Assembly (NCBI GenBank): GCA_036785375.1
Contig: JAWMAR010000103.1
Span: 4,030,001 to 4,094,000 of the forward strand
Direction of reading: 5' to 3'
DNA: 64,000 nt
Source of the DNA: Leucoraja ocellata
Lineage: Eukaryota
Shown here piece after piece: positions 1 through 12,758 of this stretch. Within the stretch, counting starts at the first letter, position 1; each line of letters starts with the position of its first letter. The translations under genes were made by a program, and so were the position numbers. Below the pieces are notes generated by a model. It worked only from the letters and a program-made list of their open reading frames with translations. It searched no databases and was not told the origin of the DNA.

Positions 1-1112
1 TAGGGACAGAAGCTGATGGTGTGCAAAGTGCGTCTTGGTCTTGGGGTTGCGGATGAGGGGGCGCAACTCGGGCTGTGACGTCTCCGGACACCCCCCTGTA
101 CAGGAGCTGAGACTGGGAACTGTGGGGTTGTTTGCAGTTGCAGAGGGAGGGGGTAAGGGCGGTACAGTTCCCGGTCTCAGCTCCATTCTAGGGGGTGACC
201 GGAGACGTCAGGACCAACGGGACACCGACTGCAAGCACGGAGATCCAAGAGACTCACAGCCAGCCGCAACTCTAGCCCAGCCCCGCTCCAACTCCAGAGG
301 AACCCGGGTTGCGGATGAGGGGGCGCAGCTCGGGCTGTGGGCGAACTGTCACTTGTCGCTGTAACGGCCCATCGGGGAGCGGGTTCCTGTTGGTCCTGAC
401 GTCTCCGGCCATCCCCCTGGACAGGAGCTGAGAGACGTCAGGACCACCAGAAGCCGCTCCCCGATGCGCCGCTACAGCGACAAGTGGCAGTTTGCCCACT
501 GCCCGAGCTGCGCCCCCTCATCGGGACATCGACCCCCAGGCCCACTGCAAGCACGGAGATCCCAGAGACTCACAGCCAGCAACAACTCTAGCCCAGCCCC
601 GCTCCAACTCCAGAGGAACCCGGGTTGCGGATGAGGGGCCGCAGCTCGGGCTGTGGGCGAACTGCCACTTGTCGCCGTAGCGGCCCATCGGGGAGCGGGT
701 TCCTCTGCAGTTGGAGGGGGAGAGGGGTATTGTGCTGTTTGATCGCCCCCTGCTATCCCAGGGACAGGAAGACACAGCGGCTTTTGAGAATGGTGGGCAA
801 TCACTTCCAAAGCTCTGCCCACACAGTCAGTACACCTCTCCTACACTTGTCTCCCGCACTAAGATCATCTCGCAGAGAATGATCCCAGCCTAACCCTCCC
901 TATTCTCTCCTATTCTGCAAGAAAAAACTACATTGAAGACTCAAACTCGCGATTGAGTAACTGCCGGGATCGAGGCGCAAACTCGCGACCTTGCGGATAT
1001 GAGCCGAGCACTCTACCACTACGCTAAAAATCTTCCATTCCGAAAGTCGAAAAATTCTGAATTACGAAAAGTGTCTGGTCCCAAGGCTTTCGGATAAAAG
1101 GTTGTGCACCTG
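1..1112. mobile_element. Right part of a non-autonomous TcMar-Tigger/MER2-like DNA transposon (left end outside window) with GC-rich internal repeats
   Basis: Ends ...TTCGGATAAAAGGTTGTGCACCTG|TA at 1112. Its reverse complement CAGGTGCACAACCTTTTATCCGAAAGCCTTGGGACCAGACAC resembles the MER2/Tigger terminus as recalled, followed by a TA target. Internal direct repeat ~228-388 / ~545-703 and inverted repeats. Confidence 0.65.
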
Positions 1113-1149
1113 TATTATCTGTAGGAATAGCATTGTTCAAAATGTTGTT

Positions 1150-1975
1150 TAATTTATTGATACGTGTACAAATTAAAAGGTGCAGTGAAAGGTTGCATGC
1201 TATCCAGTCAGCGGATAGACTATACATGATTACAATCGAGCTGTCCACAGTGTACAGATACAGGATAAAGGGAATAATATTTAGTGCTGGATAAAGGCCA
1301 GTAAAGCTTGATTATAGATAGTCCGAGGGTCTCCCAAGTAAGTCAATGGTAGATCAGGATTGTTCTCTTGTTGTTGATAGGATAGTCCTGTTGCCTGATA
1401 ACAGCTGTGAGGAAATTGTCCCTGAATCTGGAGGTGTGCGTTTTCACACTTCTGTACCTATTGCCTGATGGGAGAGGGGAGTGACCGGGTTCAGATTCAT
1501 CCATTATTATGCTGGTGGCCTTGCCGAGGCAGCGGGAAATGTAGGTGGAGGCAATGGAAGGGAGACTGATTTATATCATGATCTGGGCTACGTCCACAAT
1601 TTGTGCCATTCCATGCCATCTTGGATGGAGCTGTCCCCGAACCATATTCTGATGCATCCTGATGACATACTTTCCACAGCTCATTTGCAGAAGTTGGTGA
1701 GAGTTGTTGGGGCCATGTCAAACTTCCTAAACCTTCTAAGGAAGTGGAGACGTTGGTGTGTTTTCTTGGCCAATGCTTTGAAATGGCAAGTCCAGGACAA
1801 GTTGCTGGTGATATTTACTCCTAGGAGGCTAAAACCTTCAACCATCTCTACTTATGCGGGTTTAAGTGTATACCGGGATATGTGTACCGCTTTGCTTCCT
1901 GAAGTCAATACTATCCTCTTTGTCTTTCTGACAATGAGAGGAAGGTCGTGGTCTCGACACCAGGTTATGAGGTTC
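1150..1975 (-). mobile_element. Degenerate Rex1/Babar-type LINE 3' fragment
   Basis: Minus strand shares the C-terminal RT region and 3' UTR (…ATTGTAATCATGTATAGTCTATCCGCTGACTGG…) with the copies at 6660-7150 and 16213-16830; similar to the 9185 ORF. Confidence 0.7.
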
Positions 1976-2251
1976 CTAATAAAAATGTGATTATTTCCAC
2001 TGCTGAAGAAGAATGTTTTCCATTGAGAAAAGGGTACATTCAAGGCTGATGTTTACATGAACCCTGCAATCAAACTGTTCATCTAATTAAGCTAAAAGAT
2101 TCCAAAGCAATGTGCGATTATGAAAGGCACTGCATAAATGTGGGTTATCTCTTTCAACATACATTTTCTTGTGCATTTATGGTGACATATTAAATTAATG
2201 GTGGGATTGATCTTTTCCCTACACTGCTTAAGCATCCAAGAAATGGCCATT

Positions 2252-3296
2252 GAAGACACAAGAGGCTGCAGATGCTGGAATTTTGAACAAATAACAGCAA
2301 AGTGCTGGTGTACCTCAGCAGGTCAGGCAGCATCTGTGGACAGAATGTTTTGAGTCGGAACCTTTCTTCAGACTGATTGTAGTTGGAGGCTCAAAAAAAG
2401 GTGGGGCCGAGACAAAGCCTGGCAAGTGATAGGTGGATTAAGTGGGGTGGTTTAATTGGTAGATGGGTGGACAAATGGTAGAGATAAAAATAAGACAAAA
2501 GGACATGAGATAAAGAAAGTAGAGATGTGAAATGTAAAGCCAGAGGGAGAGATATAGGTGGATGAGGATTGAGGGAGATGGAAGAATAGGAAAGGTGGGC
2601 TGTATGTGGGAGAAATAGGTTCACACTGGGGTAGAAGGGGAACAGAAACGTGAGAGAGGGAGAAGCAAGGGGGGTGCACTTAAAATTTGAGCATTTAATG
2701 TTCATACCATTGCTACCCAAGTACCCTGGCAGAATATGAGATGCTATACTTTCAATTTTCACATGATCTCAGTCTGACAATGAAGGAGGCCCAGGACAAA
2801 AAGGTCAGTACAAGAATGGAAGGGGAGTTGAGATGGTTAGCACCTGGACAACCATCAGGCCTGGGTGGACCAAGTGCAAGTGTTTGGTAAAATGGACGGC
2901 TAGTCTACGCTTGGTCTTGCCTATGATTAGGAGACCACAACAGGTATGTGAATGCAGCGGATGAGATCAGAAGAGGTGTATATGAACCTCTGTCTCATGT
3001 GGAAGAGCCGCTGGGTCCTTGGATGGAGGTGAGGCTGGAGGTGCAAGGGCATGTGTTACATCTCCTGCAGTTACAGGGTTAAATACCTGGGGAGAAGATG
3101 GGTTGAGTGGGAAGGGATGAGTGAACCAAGGAGTTGAGAACCTTGCAAATTCCATGCTTTGTTCCACCCCCTGCCTCTTTTCAAGCTTCCATCCCCCCCC
3201 CCTAGTCTGAAGAAATGTTCCGACTTGAAACAGCGCCTGTTCATTCCCTCCACAGATGCTGCCTGACCCGCTGAGTTACTCCAGCGCTTTGATTTT
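2252..3296 (-). mobile_element. Degenerate Penelope-like element (GIY-YIG remnant and 3' pLTR on minus) with an inverted pLTR copy at its 5' end (~3145-3296, +)
   Basis: Minus strand 2760-3090 reads PCNCRRCNTC…IQGP…GKTKRRL, homologous to the 39852 ORF. The pLTR motif GCTGCCTGACCCGCTGAGTTACTCCAGC occurs in opposite orientations at the two ends. Confidence 0.7.
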
Positions 3297-5619
3297 TAGC
3301 CCAAGTAATGGCTGTTGTTTTGAGCTTGACAATTTCAGGCCCCACATCACAGGCATTTATCTACAGTGAATTAAACCAGCAAAGGAGTTGGTTTCTATCA
3401 GGGAAACTTTCTGCTTTTACACAGAAGCAGATTTATGATTTTATAGCAACAGTTCCCCTCTTCTCTCACCTCATCTACAAAGACAGATGTAGGAATGTAT
3501 TTCAATACTGTTCCAAAACCCTTTTTACAAAGACTACATTGTTCACTACAGCTCATCGACTCTCAATATCATCTGCAGGAATATCAGTCCACCGGATGCA
3601 GGAAGAGCACTTATTTACACAAGAAATGACATCTATTCATGGACCATAAGATGGATTTCAGGCTGAATTTTATGGACTGAAGACAAGGTAATCAGTCTAA
3701 TTAACAATAGCATAATTGATTATTAATGTCAAACTGTTACTGTATATACAGTATTTTTTGAAGGTGAAATGAAAAACATAAAATGCTGGAAAAAGATAAA
3801 TATCTGACTGTGAGCTTTCCAACTTTTTATACTTTTATTTCACATTTCTACCATTTGCTGTTTGTTTAATTTTCACATTTGAAAGTGATTTAGGATTCTA
3901 AAACGGCATTTCTAGTGAATCAAAATGACTTAATTCTGATTTTCCCAAAGGTTTTTCATGGATTAAAAAAAATTCTTCTTGTTTTAAAACGTAAATTATT
4001 TTCTTTACTTGGCAAATTAAATGTAGCCACCCCACGCTCAACCAAACGTGTGATTGCTGTAACGCAAGAGATTTACAATTAATTATAATGAGCATTTTAA
4101 ACTCAAAAGAATGAAATACAGGTTTAAAATCATAAAATCAGGTTTAAAAGAACTGCCTTGAAAATTATATTATCTCGAGAAATATCCACTTAAACCATAA
4201 ATTAATTTGTGGTCAATTCAAAATAAATACGTTCACTGCTGATTCAGTGGAGAAATCCATGTTAAAACATCTTTTGTTGCTGAATACACTACTTATTTAA
4301 GGTCTTTGAGTGTTGGTTTGGAGTGTTGGAAATTATGGTTTGCTTAATGTGCATAAAGAGAAATCCTCCAATGTTGAAGATGTTCAACAAAATAGTTGCT
4401 GTTAAACTGTTTACTGACTACAGTGGGAAGTACAATGCCTGCGTGAGAAATGACTTAAGTTGCAGCATTAAAGCAGTGCAGGAAGCCATGAGGTTATTCA
4501 ATGGAGTTTCTTCATTCCTCAGTAAGTGAGAACTGGCAGTACTGTTGCTTTTGGATTCAGTGTAAAGAATGAATCTCTGTTCCTACTGCAGGAAATTTCA
4601 TTTTTTGAAAATTCCATGTCACTCTTAAAAATTGGATGGCCCAGCTTGTTTTGATTGACTAACTGTATTAATAATATCCATCCAGCTATTATATTACAGA
4701 ACCAATAAAAGAAAAAGTTTAACAGAAGTTGGTTTATATTAAATCACAAAGTAACCTTGTTGAACAGAACATACCGGGATCGCCAAAAACATTATCGCTG
4801 TATCTGAACTGTTTTACCATTATTAAACCCCATGGGAATAAATGAATAAAAATAGATTATGACTGAGCAGGTGAATGAGACAAGTAGAGAAAGAGTATCC
4901 ATTATTGCTATTATTTTAAGGTTTTTTTTTCCCCCAATGTGAATGTTAGGAATTTAATACAGAAAAGAACATTACTAGGCAGGAAATGTGCATAGATAGT
5001 TAAAGACCCTTTTTGGGGAACTAGTGAGATAAGCCTACAAAAACATGGGCCTGACCTCCCATTCAGAGTTAGAGGTTATTCATACAAAGGAAAGAGAATA
5101 CTTTAAAGTGCTGGCATTTGTTTGAACTTTGAATAAGGAGGTTTGGGCCAATATATCACTTAATTTGTTTTAACAAAGTGCAAACATATTAGCTATCATC
5201 GGAGTGGTCATTTTGAAATGATTGAACTCGATAAAATGATTCCCGCATGTAATTTACTCTCAGGCTTACAGAACAATTGCCTATCCATTAACAACATAGG
5301 ACCAACAGGCAGTAGTTCAATTTTCCATGTGAAAAAACTAGTGTGACCAGGTTTTGAAGAATAATTTTGAAAATAAAATATCCAAATTAATTGATTTTTG
5401 AATTTGCTCATTCATTGAAATATGGGCGTTTATTGGCCATACCAAATTGCCCCTGATCTGAATGATGAGGTGAGTTTCTTCAAGAATTTCCTATAGGTCT
5501 CTGTTACGTTTGGCACAGAATGTAGTTTTCCTTTCTTGAAGGAAATGAGTGATCGGGACAGATTGCACAAGTGAACATGCGATCACTAATACTGATTCTG
5601 TCTCTTCAGAGTTTTTTTA

Positions 5620-5870
5620 AACTTTAGAGATAAAGTGCGTCCCCATTGACCAGCAGTTACCCTGTACACTTGCACTATCCTACACACTAGGGACAATTTA
5701 CAATCTTTACCAAAGTCAATTTACCTACAAACTTGTCTGACTTTGGAGTGTTGGAGAAAACCGGAGCACCCAGAGAAACCTCGCACCGTCACAGGGAGAA
5801 TGTACAAACTCCGTACTGGCAGCACCTGTGGTCAGAATTGAACCCAGGTCGGTGACGCTGTTGCTTCCAG
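5620..5870 (-). mobile_element. tRNA-derived V-SINE (HE1-like) copy
   Basis: Matches the recurrent SINE body (GGAGAAAACCGGAGCACCCAGAGAAA…GTACAAACTCCGTAC…GAACCCAGGTC). Confidence 0.75.
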
Positions 5871-6139
5871 ATGAATCCATTAATTTAATTTAGATTCCTC
5901 GACTGCTGTAGGATGCTTAATCCATGACTCCAGATCGATTTTATGGACCTCCGGATAATTTTCCAATAAATTAACCACTAAACTGGCAAATCCCAAAATG
6001 AATACTTTGTTCCCAAACAGACTATTTAATGCACCACAAATATTATGCCTCATGTAACAATTTAATCAACCATGAATTAGCTTGACTGGGACAGTATTCT
6101 ATTTCAGTCCAGCGGCCAAGAATTTCCTGTTGGCTGACA

Positions 6140-6655
6140 GAACTGCAGATGCTGGTTTAGAAAACTCGGCAGGTCAAGCAGCATCTCTGGAGAACCTAGA
6201 CAGGCAGCATTTTTGGTCAGGACCCTATTTCAGTGATTGAAATGGGGGGGGGGGGGGAGGTGGGGGGGGTGGGGGGAGTGTGGGTGGGGGGGAATGTAGG
6301 TGGGGGGGAGTGGGGGTGGTGGGGGTAGAGAAAACTGGAAGAGAGGTGGGGCATATCAAAAAGTGCTGGGGTAACGCAATGGGTCTGGCAGCATTGGATT
6401 AATTGTGACTGGGCAGGTAAACGGGACAAATAAGAATTTAATTTAATGAATTAATCTGGCAGCAAAAGACTGAATCAGTAATCGTGATTGTGAAAGGTCA
6501 TGATTAGGGGCGGGACAAAGCCAGACAAGCGATAGCGATGGGTGGATAAACGCCAAAGATGAAAAGACTAAGCGGGGTGACATAAGGATAGAAGAGTCAT
6601 GGCATGTGGAGACAGAGGAAAGAGCATAGATGGAAGGAGAGGGGGGTTATGAGGA
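6140..6655 (-). mobile_element. Penelope pLTR/3' UTR fragment with G-rich tract
   Basis: GAACTGCAGATGCTGG…GCAGCATCTCTGGAGAA motif; G-tract 6243-6325; purine-rich UTR like 2400-2660. Confidence 0.55.
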
Positions 6656-6659
6656 AGCA

Positions 6660-7150
6660 TCACAGCTTGGTTCGGGAACAGTTCCATCCAGGACTGCAAG
6701 AATTGCAACAAATTATGGACGCAGCCCACACCATCACTCAAACCAACCTCCCTTCTATTAACTTCATTTATACCTCTTGCTGCCTCAGCAAGGCCAGCAG
6801 CATAATCAAGGATGAGTCGCACCATGGCCACTCCCGCTTCTCCGCTCTCCCATCAGGCAAAGTTATAGAAGTGTGAAAACACACACCACCAGATTCGGAG
6901 AGAGTTTCTTCCCAGCTGTTATCAGGCAACTGAATCTTCCTCCCACAACCAGAGCAGTGCTGAACTACTATCTCCCTCTTCGATGACCGTTGGACTATCC
7001 TTGATCAGACTTTGCTGGCTTTACCTTGCACAAAACCTTATTCCCTTATCATGTATCTACATATTGTAAATGGATCAAATGTGATCATGTATTTTCTTTC
7101 TGCTGACTGGTTAGAACAAACAAAAAGCTTTACACGAAAACTAAACTGAA
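6660..7150 (+). mobile_element. Rex1/Babar LINE 3' fragment
   Basis: Translates LQQIMDAAHTITQTNLPSI…SIIKDESHHGH…LPSG, matching the C-terminus of the 9185 ORF, followed by 3' UTR. Confidence 0.75.
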
Positions 7151-7714
7151 CTGATCTGAGGAGGAAGGGGAAAGCAAGAAATGGATGTGCATCATGGTAG
7201 GGCACAGGGAAGACAGGGGGGAAAAGAGTTGGGGGAAATTTCCTCATGGGTTATCTTGATCAAAGCTTGTGCAAAGCTTATCTACACTAATGTCATAAAT
7301 ATCATTGCTGTGTAATAACTGTGAAGTGCAACCCACAATGAAGGATTGGCGATAAAAAAAATCTACCATAAAATAATCAGTGATTGGCTTCAGATTTACA
7401 ATTTGTTTCAAGTACAAACACGGCAAATGAACTGTGCCACGCATCAGAATATGAAATGCATTTCCATAAGATATATAAGACATTCCCAGCATCAATTCCT
7501 TCAGACTACAGTTCAGGTACATGGACAGGAAAATTGGGAGAGATATGGGTCATGTGCGGGTAAAAGGATTAAATTAGATGGGACAATTTAATCGGCATTG
7601 ACAGGTTTGACCAAAGGGATTGTTTCCTTGCTGAATGACTCAATGATTCCAGCTCAATGATCTGTAGCTTGTTATTTCAACGGTCTTTATCTTTAGATTT
7701 TAAATTGTATACTT

Positions 7715-7980
7715 TATACTTTAGAGATCCAGTTCGAATGCCGACCCTTCAGCCCAACAAGTCCGTGCCGACCAGCAATCACCCCGTATACTAACACTAT
7801 CCTACACGCTAGGAATATATATTTTTACAACTTACCACAACCAATTAACCTACAAACTGTATGTCTCTTGAATGTGTGGGGAAACAGGAGCACTCAGAGA
7901 AAACCCACGTACAAATTCCATGCACACAGCACCTGCAGTCAGGATCAAACCCCGGGCCTCTGGTGCTGTGGGGCAGCAAT
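7715..7980 (-). mobile_element. V-SINE (HE1-like) copy
   Basis: Same SINE body and tail as the other copies. Confidence 0.75.
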
Positions 7981-8506
7981 TCAAAGAACCTTATGTATTT
8001 CAGTTATCTTCTAGATTGTAGTTTTTAATTTGCACTTGGATATTAAAAGTTTTCACAATTAAGTAAAATATAATTTTTCTGTGATAAGGAGTTATGTCGT
8101 TGAGTTAAAGGAAACCTTATTTGAAATTAGTGGCTCAGCTGTCTTTGCCAGTGCTTTTATACATCACAAGTCGTAGAGTTGTACTCTGCAGAAAAAAGCC
8201 ATTCAGACCCTGCCAATTATCAAGCAACCATTTACACTAAACCTACATTAATCACACCTTCCTTCATCTCACTTTAGTACTATATCTTTCATTTCTTACT
8301 CTCTCAACTACTGATTTAGTTTCTTAAATATATCAATGATGTTCTCTTCAGCTACTCCCAATAACAGTGAGTTCCACTGTCGAGGTTAAACTGTTTCTCC
8401 TCAATAATTCATTAGACTTAAAAATGATTATTTCTTGTTTAATAATTGATTTCATATCAGTATATTTGTTGATTATTCCAAATGTGAAAAGGCACAAAAG
8501 ATACAT

Positions 8507-8596
8507 GGTAGACAAAAATGCTGGAGAAACTCAGCGGGTGAGGCAGCATCTATGGAGTGAAGGAAATAGGTAAAGTTTCGGGCCGAAACCCTTCTT
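8507..8596 (-). mobile_element. Short Penelope-derived pLTR fragment with hammerhead remnant
   Basis: Reverse complement of the 15890 and 43216 units (AAGAAGGGTTTCGGCCCGAAAC…CTCCAGCATTTTTGTCTACC). Confidence 0.7.
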
Positions 8597-9184
8597 ATAT
8601 ACAGAGTTAATACATGCATGATTTACTTTTTAATTCAAATTTGCTTAATATACGTTAGGTGATAATTTAAATTTAATTAGCTCTGTCTTACTTTTGCTAT
8701 GTATTTAAAATTGCATAGTTAGAAATTTTAACTAAATAATTTCTCAGCACAGGAAATTGCTTTGAAATTTGAGATGAAGATTATACAGTTTCCATGCTTC
8801 TGAAATGGTACCTTTCCAATTAAATTACATCTGTAAACACTTATTCTCTCAAATTAAAATTGTATTCTTGCAGCAATAGTTTTCATTTCCATACAACATC
8901 CCATGCACAAGGAGGTGGGACCAGGCTCTTTGTATTAGAAAGAAAAGAACAATGCAAGCAAGCTACAATGTTTGAGAGATAGTGTGCAGTTCAAGTTCAA
9001 GTGAATTTATTGTCATGTGTCCCTGTATAGGACAATGAAATTCTTGCTTTGCTTCAGCACACAGAACATAGTAGGCATTTACTACAAAACAGATAAGTGT
9101 GTCCATATACCATTATATAAATATATACACACATGAATAAATAAACTGATAAAGTGCAAATAACAGAAAATGAGTTATTAATAA

Positions 9185-10067
9185 TCAGAGTTTTGTCCGA
9201 GCCAGGTTTATTAGCCTGATGGCTGTGGGGAAGTAGCTATTCCTGAACTTGGTTGTTGCAGTCTTCAGGCTCCTGTACCTTCTACCTGAAGGTAGCAGGG
9301 AGATGAGTGTGTGGCCAGGATGGTGTGGGTCTTTGATGATACTGCCAGCCTTTTTGAAGCAGTGACTGCGATAAATCCCATCGATGGAAGGAAGGTCAGA
9401 GCCAATGATGGACTGGGCTGTGTTTACTACTTTTTGTAGTCTTTTCCTCTCCAGGGCGCTCAAATTGCTGAACCAAGCCATGATGCAACCGGTCAGCATG
9501 CTTTCAACCGTGCACCTGTAGAAGTTAGAGAGAGTCTTCCTTGACAAACCGACTCTCCGTAATCTTCTCAAGAAGTAGAGGCGCTGATGAGCTTTCTTGA
9601 TAATTGCATTAGTGTTCTCGGACCAGGAAAGATCTTCAGAGATGTGCACGCCCAGGAATTTGAAGCTCTTGACCCTTTCAACCATCGACCCATTTATATA
9701 AATGTGGCTGTGGGTCCCCCTCCTACTCCTTCCAAAGTCCACAATCAGTTCCTTGGTTTTGCTGATGTTGAGGGCCAGGTTATTGCACTGGCACCATATG
9801 GACAATTGCTCGATCTCTCTTATATACTCTGACTCATCCCCATCAGTGATACGCCCCACAACAGTGGTGTCGTCAGCGAACTTGATGATGGAGTTTGCAC
9901 TGTGACTGGCTACGCAGTCATGAGTATATAGTGAGTACAGCAGGGGGCTGAGCACACAGCCTTGAGGTGCTCCCATGCTGATTGTTATTGAGGCTGACAC
10001 ATTTCCACCAATACGAACAGACTGTGGTCTGTGAATGAGGAAGTCGAGGATCCAATTGCAGAGGGAT
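9185..10067 (-). CDS. Rex1/Babar reverse transcriptase, C-terminal part (open but 5'-interrupted)
   Basis: 271-aa ORF with RT domains 4-7 and a DUF1891-like '[13 protein letters not shown]' region. Confidence 0.85.
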
Positions 10068-10627
10068 AATAATAATAATAATAATAATAAATTTTATTTA
10101 TGGGCGCCTTTCAAGAGTCTCAAGGACACCTTACAAAAATTTAGCAAGTAGAGGAAAAACATGTAAGCGGAATGAAATAAATAGTAGAGACATGACTAGT
10201 ACACAAATTAAAGACAGAATTCAATTCAAAACACAATATGAGGCAATTCAAGCAAAGATGAAAAGGGAGGGGGACGTGGGGCTAAGGATAGGCAGAGGTG
10301 AAGAGATGGGTCTTGAGGCGGGACTGGAAGATGGTGAGGGACACGGAATTGCGGATCAGTTGGGGGAGGGAGTTCCAGAGCCTGGGAGCTGCCCTGGAGA
10401 AGGCTCTGTCCCCAAAACTGCGGAGGTTGGATTTGTGGATGGAGAGGAGACCGGCTGATGTGGACCTGAGGGACCGTGAGGGTTGGTAGGGGGAGAGGAG
10501 GTCAGTGAGATATGGGGGGGCAAGATGGTGGAGGGCTTTGTAGGTGAGGACCAGGATTTTGTAGGTGATCCGGTGGGAGATGGGAAGCCAGTGAAGTTGT
10601 TTGAGGACTGGAGTGATGTGATGGCAG
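10068..10627 (-). mobile_element. L2-clade LINE 3' fragment with (ATT)n tail inserted in Rex1
   Basis: Minus strand encodes [14 protein letters not shown]…[14 protein letters not shown]…[17 protein letters not shown], a typical L2 C-terminus. TAA repeat at 10068-10088. Confidence 0.85.
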
Positions 10628-11121
10628 GACCCAGTTCTGTGAGTTTGGTAACGAGCTTGGAGGGGATGATTGTGTTAAATGCCGAGCTGTAATCGATGAA
10701 TAACAGCCTGACATATGAGATTTTGTTGTCCAAGTGGTCCAGAGCAAAGTGGAGGGCCAGCAAGATTGCATCCACCGTTGATCTGCTGTGGCGATAAGCG
10801 AACTGCAGTGGGTCCAGGTTTTTGTCGAGGTAGGAGTTGATTTGCTCCATGATCAACCTCTGAAAGCACTTCATCACCAGTTGAAGAGGCAATGTTGAGA
10901 CAATGGAAATGGGTATAGATTTTGGTAGAAGAAATGAATATATTTGACTTTCCTCCACTAATAGCATTAGAAATAATGTGGTTATGTTACGGTGTGAAGG
11001 TAGTGTTGGAAAGATCTGATGGTGATGAATTCACTTGGAACAGATTATACTTCTTCGTTGAAGGAAAGTAATTGTATAGGTGGGTGATAAGAATTTGTTC
11101 AATATTGTTTTGGGTAATCTT

Positions 11122-11415
11122 GGGACGGCGCAGTCGTGCAGCTGGTAGAGCTCCTGCCTCATAGCGCTAGAAACCCAGGTTCGATCCTGACCGTGGGTGC
11201 TGTCCATGTGAAGTTTGCACGCTCTCTCTGTGACTACGGAGGTTTCCTCGAGGTCCTCCAGCTTCCTCACACATCTCAAAAGAACATGCAGGTTTGGGCT
11301 CTGCAAAATAAATGTGTTGGGAGTGGTTGAGAAAGTAGGCTAACTCAGAACTAGTGGTTGGCATGGAGGTTGGCATTGGCCGAAGGTCATGTTTCCATAC
11401 TCTATCTCAAAACCA
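11122..11415 (+). mobile_element. V-SINE (HE1-like) copy
   Basis: tRNA-like head GGTAGAG…GGTTCGATCC (A and B boxes), V-domain-like core and CR1-like tail. Confidence 0.8.
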
Positions 11416-12696
11416 AATTAATTATTTTTGCTGTACAAGAATTTTGGCCATTTGCATGTGGATAATAATTTAACAAGTTGTTATTATTACTACAATATGA
11501 GGGAACAATAACTACAAGAACACTACATTCTCTCATATGGGGATAGTTCAGAACTGTTCATGTACACTGCAGTCAATAAAAGTTCACAAGAACAAGTATG
11601 GTTAGAGGAAAGGACACACAAGTTGCATGTGTATATGTGGTGTTGCCAAAAAAACAAGATTACACGTGTATATAAGATAAATGGCTTTCAAAGTCACTGA
11701 TCCTCTTTTGGCAGAGAAAGGAAATCTACAACGTCAGCAGCAATCAAGAGGTCAGAGAAAAGAGGAATGATTCAGCAAAAGAAACAAAATATAAGTGAAA
11801 AATCCTAAAGTGAATGATGATCCAAGAGGTGGGTGGTAACAAGTGTTACTTTACATTGACAACAACCAGTGGCAAGAGAAATTCAATTATTAAAGCTATC
11901 TCATTTTCCACTGTTTAATAAGGGCAGAGGCACAGAGCTTGACTGCTGTGTCTTTGGTCCTGCTTTCTATTGCCTGATAAGTAAAAATGATTGCTGCAAC
12001 CAAGCTTTTAGCATGACTTCTGGCAATAATAAACCAGAGTTTCTGGACAGATTATTTTTATGTTCCTTTCCTCAGTTATCCAAGAATGCAAATTTATAGG
12101 AAGTCTGATTAACCCGTTATATGCAACTTATGTTGAAGATTCCCATAAAAAAGTGATTAGAGTGTTTGTTGCTTTGGCATCATAGGTTGACAAAATAACA
12201 CACCTGACCTTCCATGTTGTTGGCCTTCTGAGTTCAGCTTAGTTTAACTTAGAGATACAGCATAGAAACTGGCCCTTCAGCCCATCGAGACCAGGCCCAC
12301 AATCGATCACCTGTACACAAGTTCTATGTTATCCCAATTTTGCATCCCACACACGTGTGGCAATTTACAGAAGCCAATTAAAGATTACCTTATTGGTAAT
12401 GATGTTGGTATAGGTTTCTTAGTGTCACATTTAGTGAGATGCATTCTGTTTTGCATCTAGACATGTAACATATATGTAGAAAGGGTTTCTACCCTAAATG
12501 TCACCTATCCATGTTCTACAGGGATGCTACCCAACCTACAGAGTTATTCCAGCACTTTGTGTCCTTTTGGGAACAAATATATGGATGCCTTCATTTACAG
12601 TAGTATGAGAAGGGCAACCAGGAATGTGTACTTATTATAGTGGTTATATGTGATGATGTGATGATGTGATTTGATTGTTGCCAAGATGCATCGCAC

Positions 12697-12758
12697 AGAA
12701 GAGAAACAAACAGCGAACAAAGATAGGATGGGATGATGGAGAGGTATTGACTGAGAAA
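12697..12758 (+). repeat. 62-bp target-site duplication, left copy (right copy 15656-15717)
   Basis: AGAAGAGAAACAAACAGCGAACAAAGATAGGATGGGATGATGGAGAGGTATTGACTGAGAAA is present identically at both L1 ends. Confidence 0.95.

Larger units (their letters stand above)
8990..10880 (-). mobile_element. 5'-truncated Rex1/Babar non-LTR retrotransposon interrupted by an L2 fragment
   Basis: RT motifs [21 protein letters not shown] (10628-10880), [18 protein letters not shown] and FKFLGVHI (9185-10067). The 3' UTR ends in (CTTGAA)2. Confidence 0.9.

Noticed and set aside
35-882. Overlapping GC-rich ORFs
   Set aside because: By-products of GC-rich repeats; no recognisable domain.
6243-6325. G-tracts (also 38921-38949) as functional G-quadruplexes
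   Set aside because: They are expanded homopolymer tracts in Penelope UTRs and are error-prone in assembly; no functional evidence.
11122-11195. SINE heads as tRNA genes
   Set aside because: They continue into SINE body and tail and lack an acceptor stem.
12675-12758. N-terminal ~28 aa of the 890-aa ORF as a real start
   Set aside because: The start is TTG and the segment is flanking and TSD sequence that happens to be in frame; the L1 is 5'-truncated.
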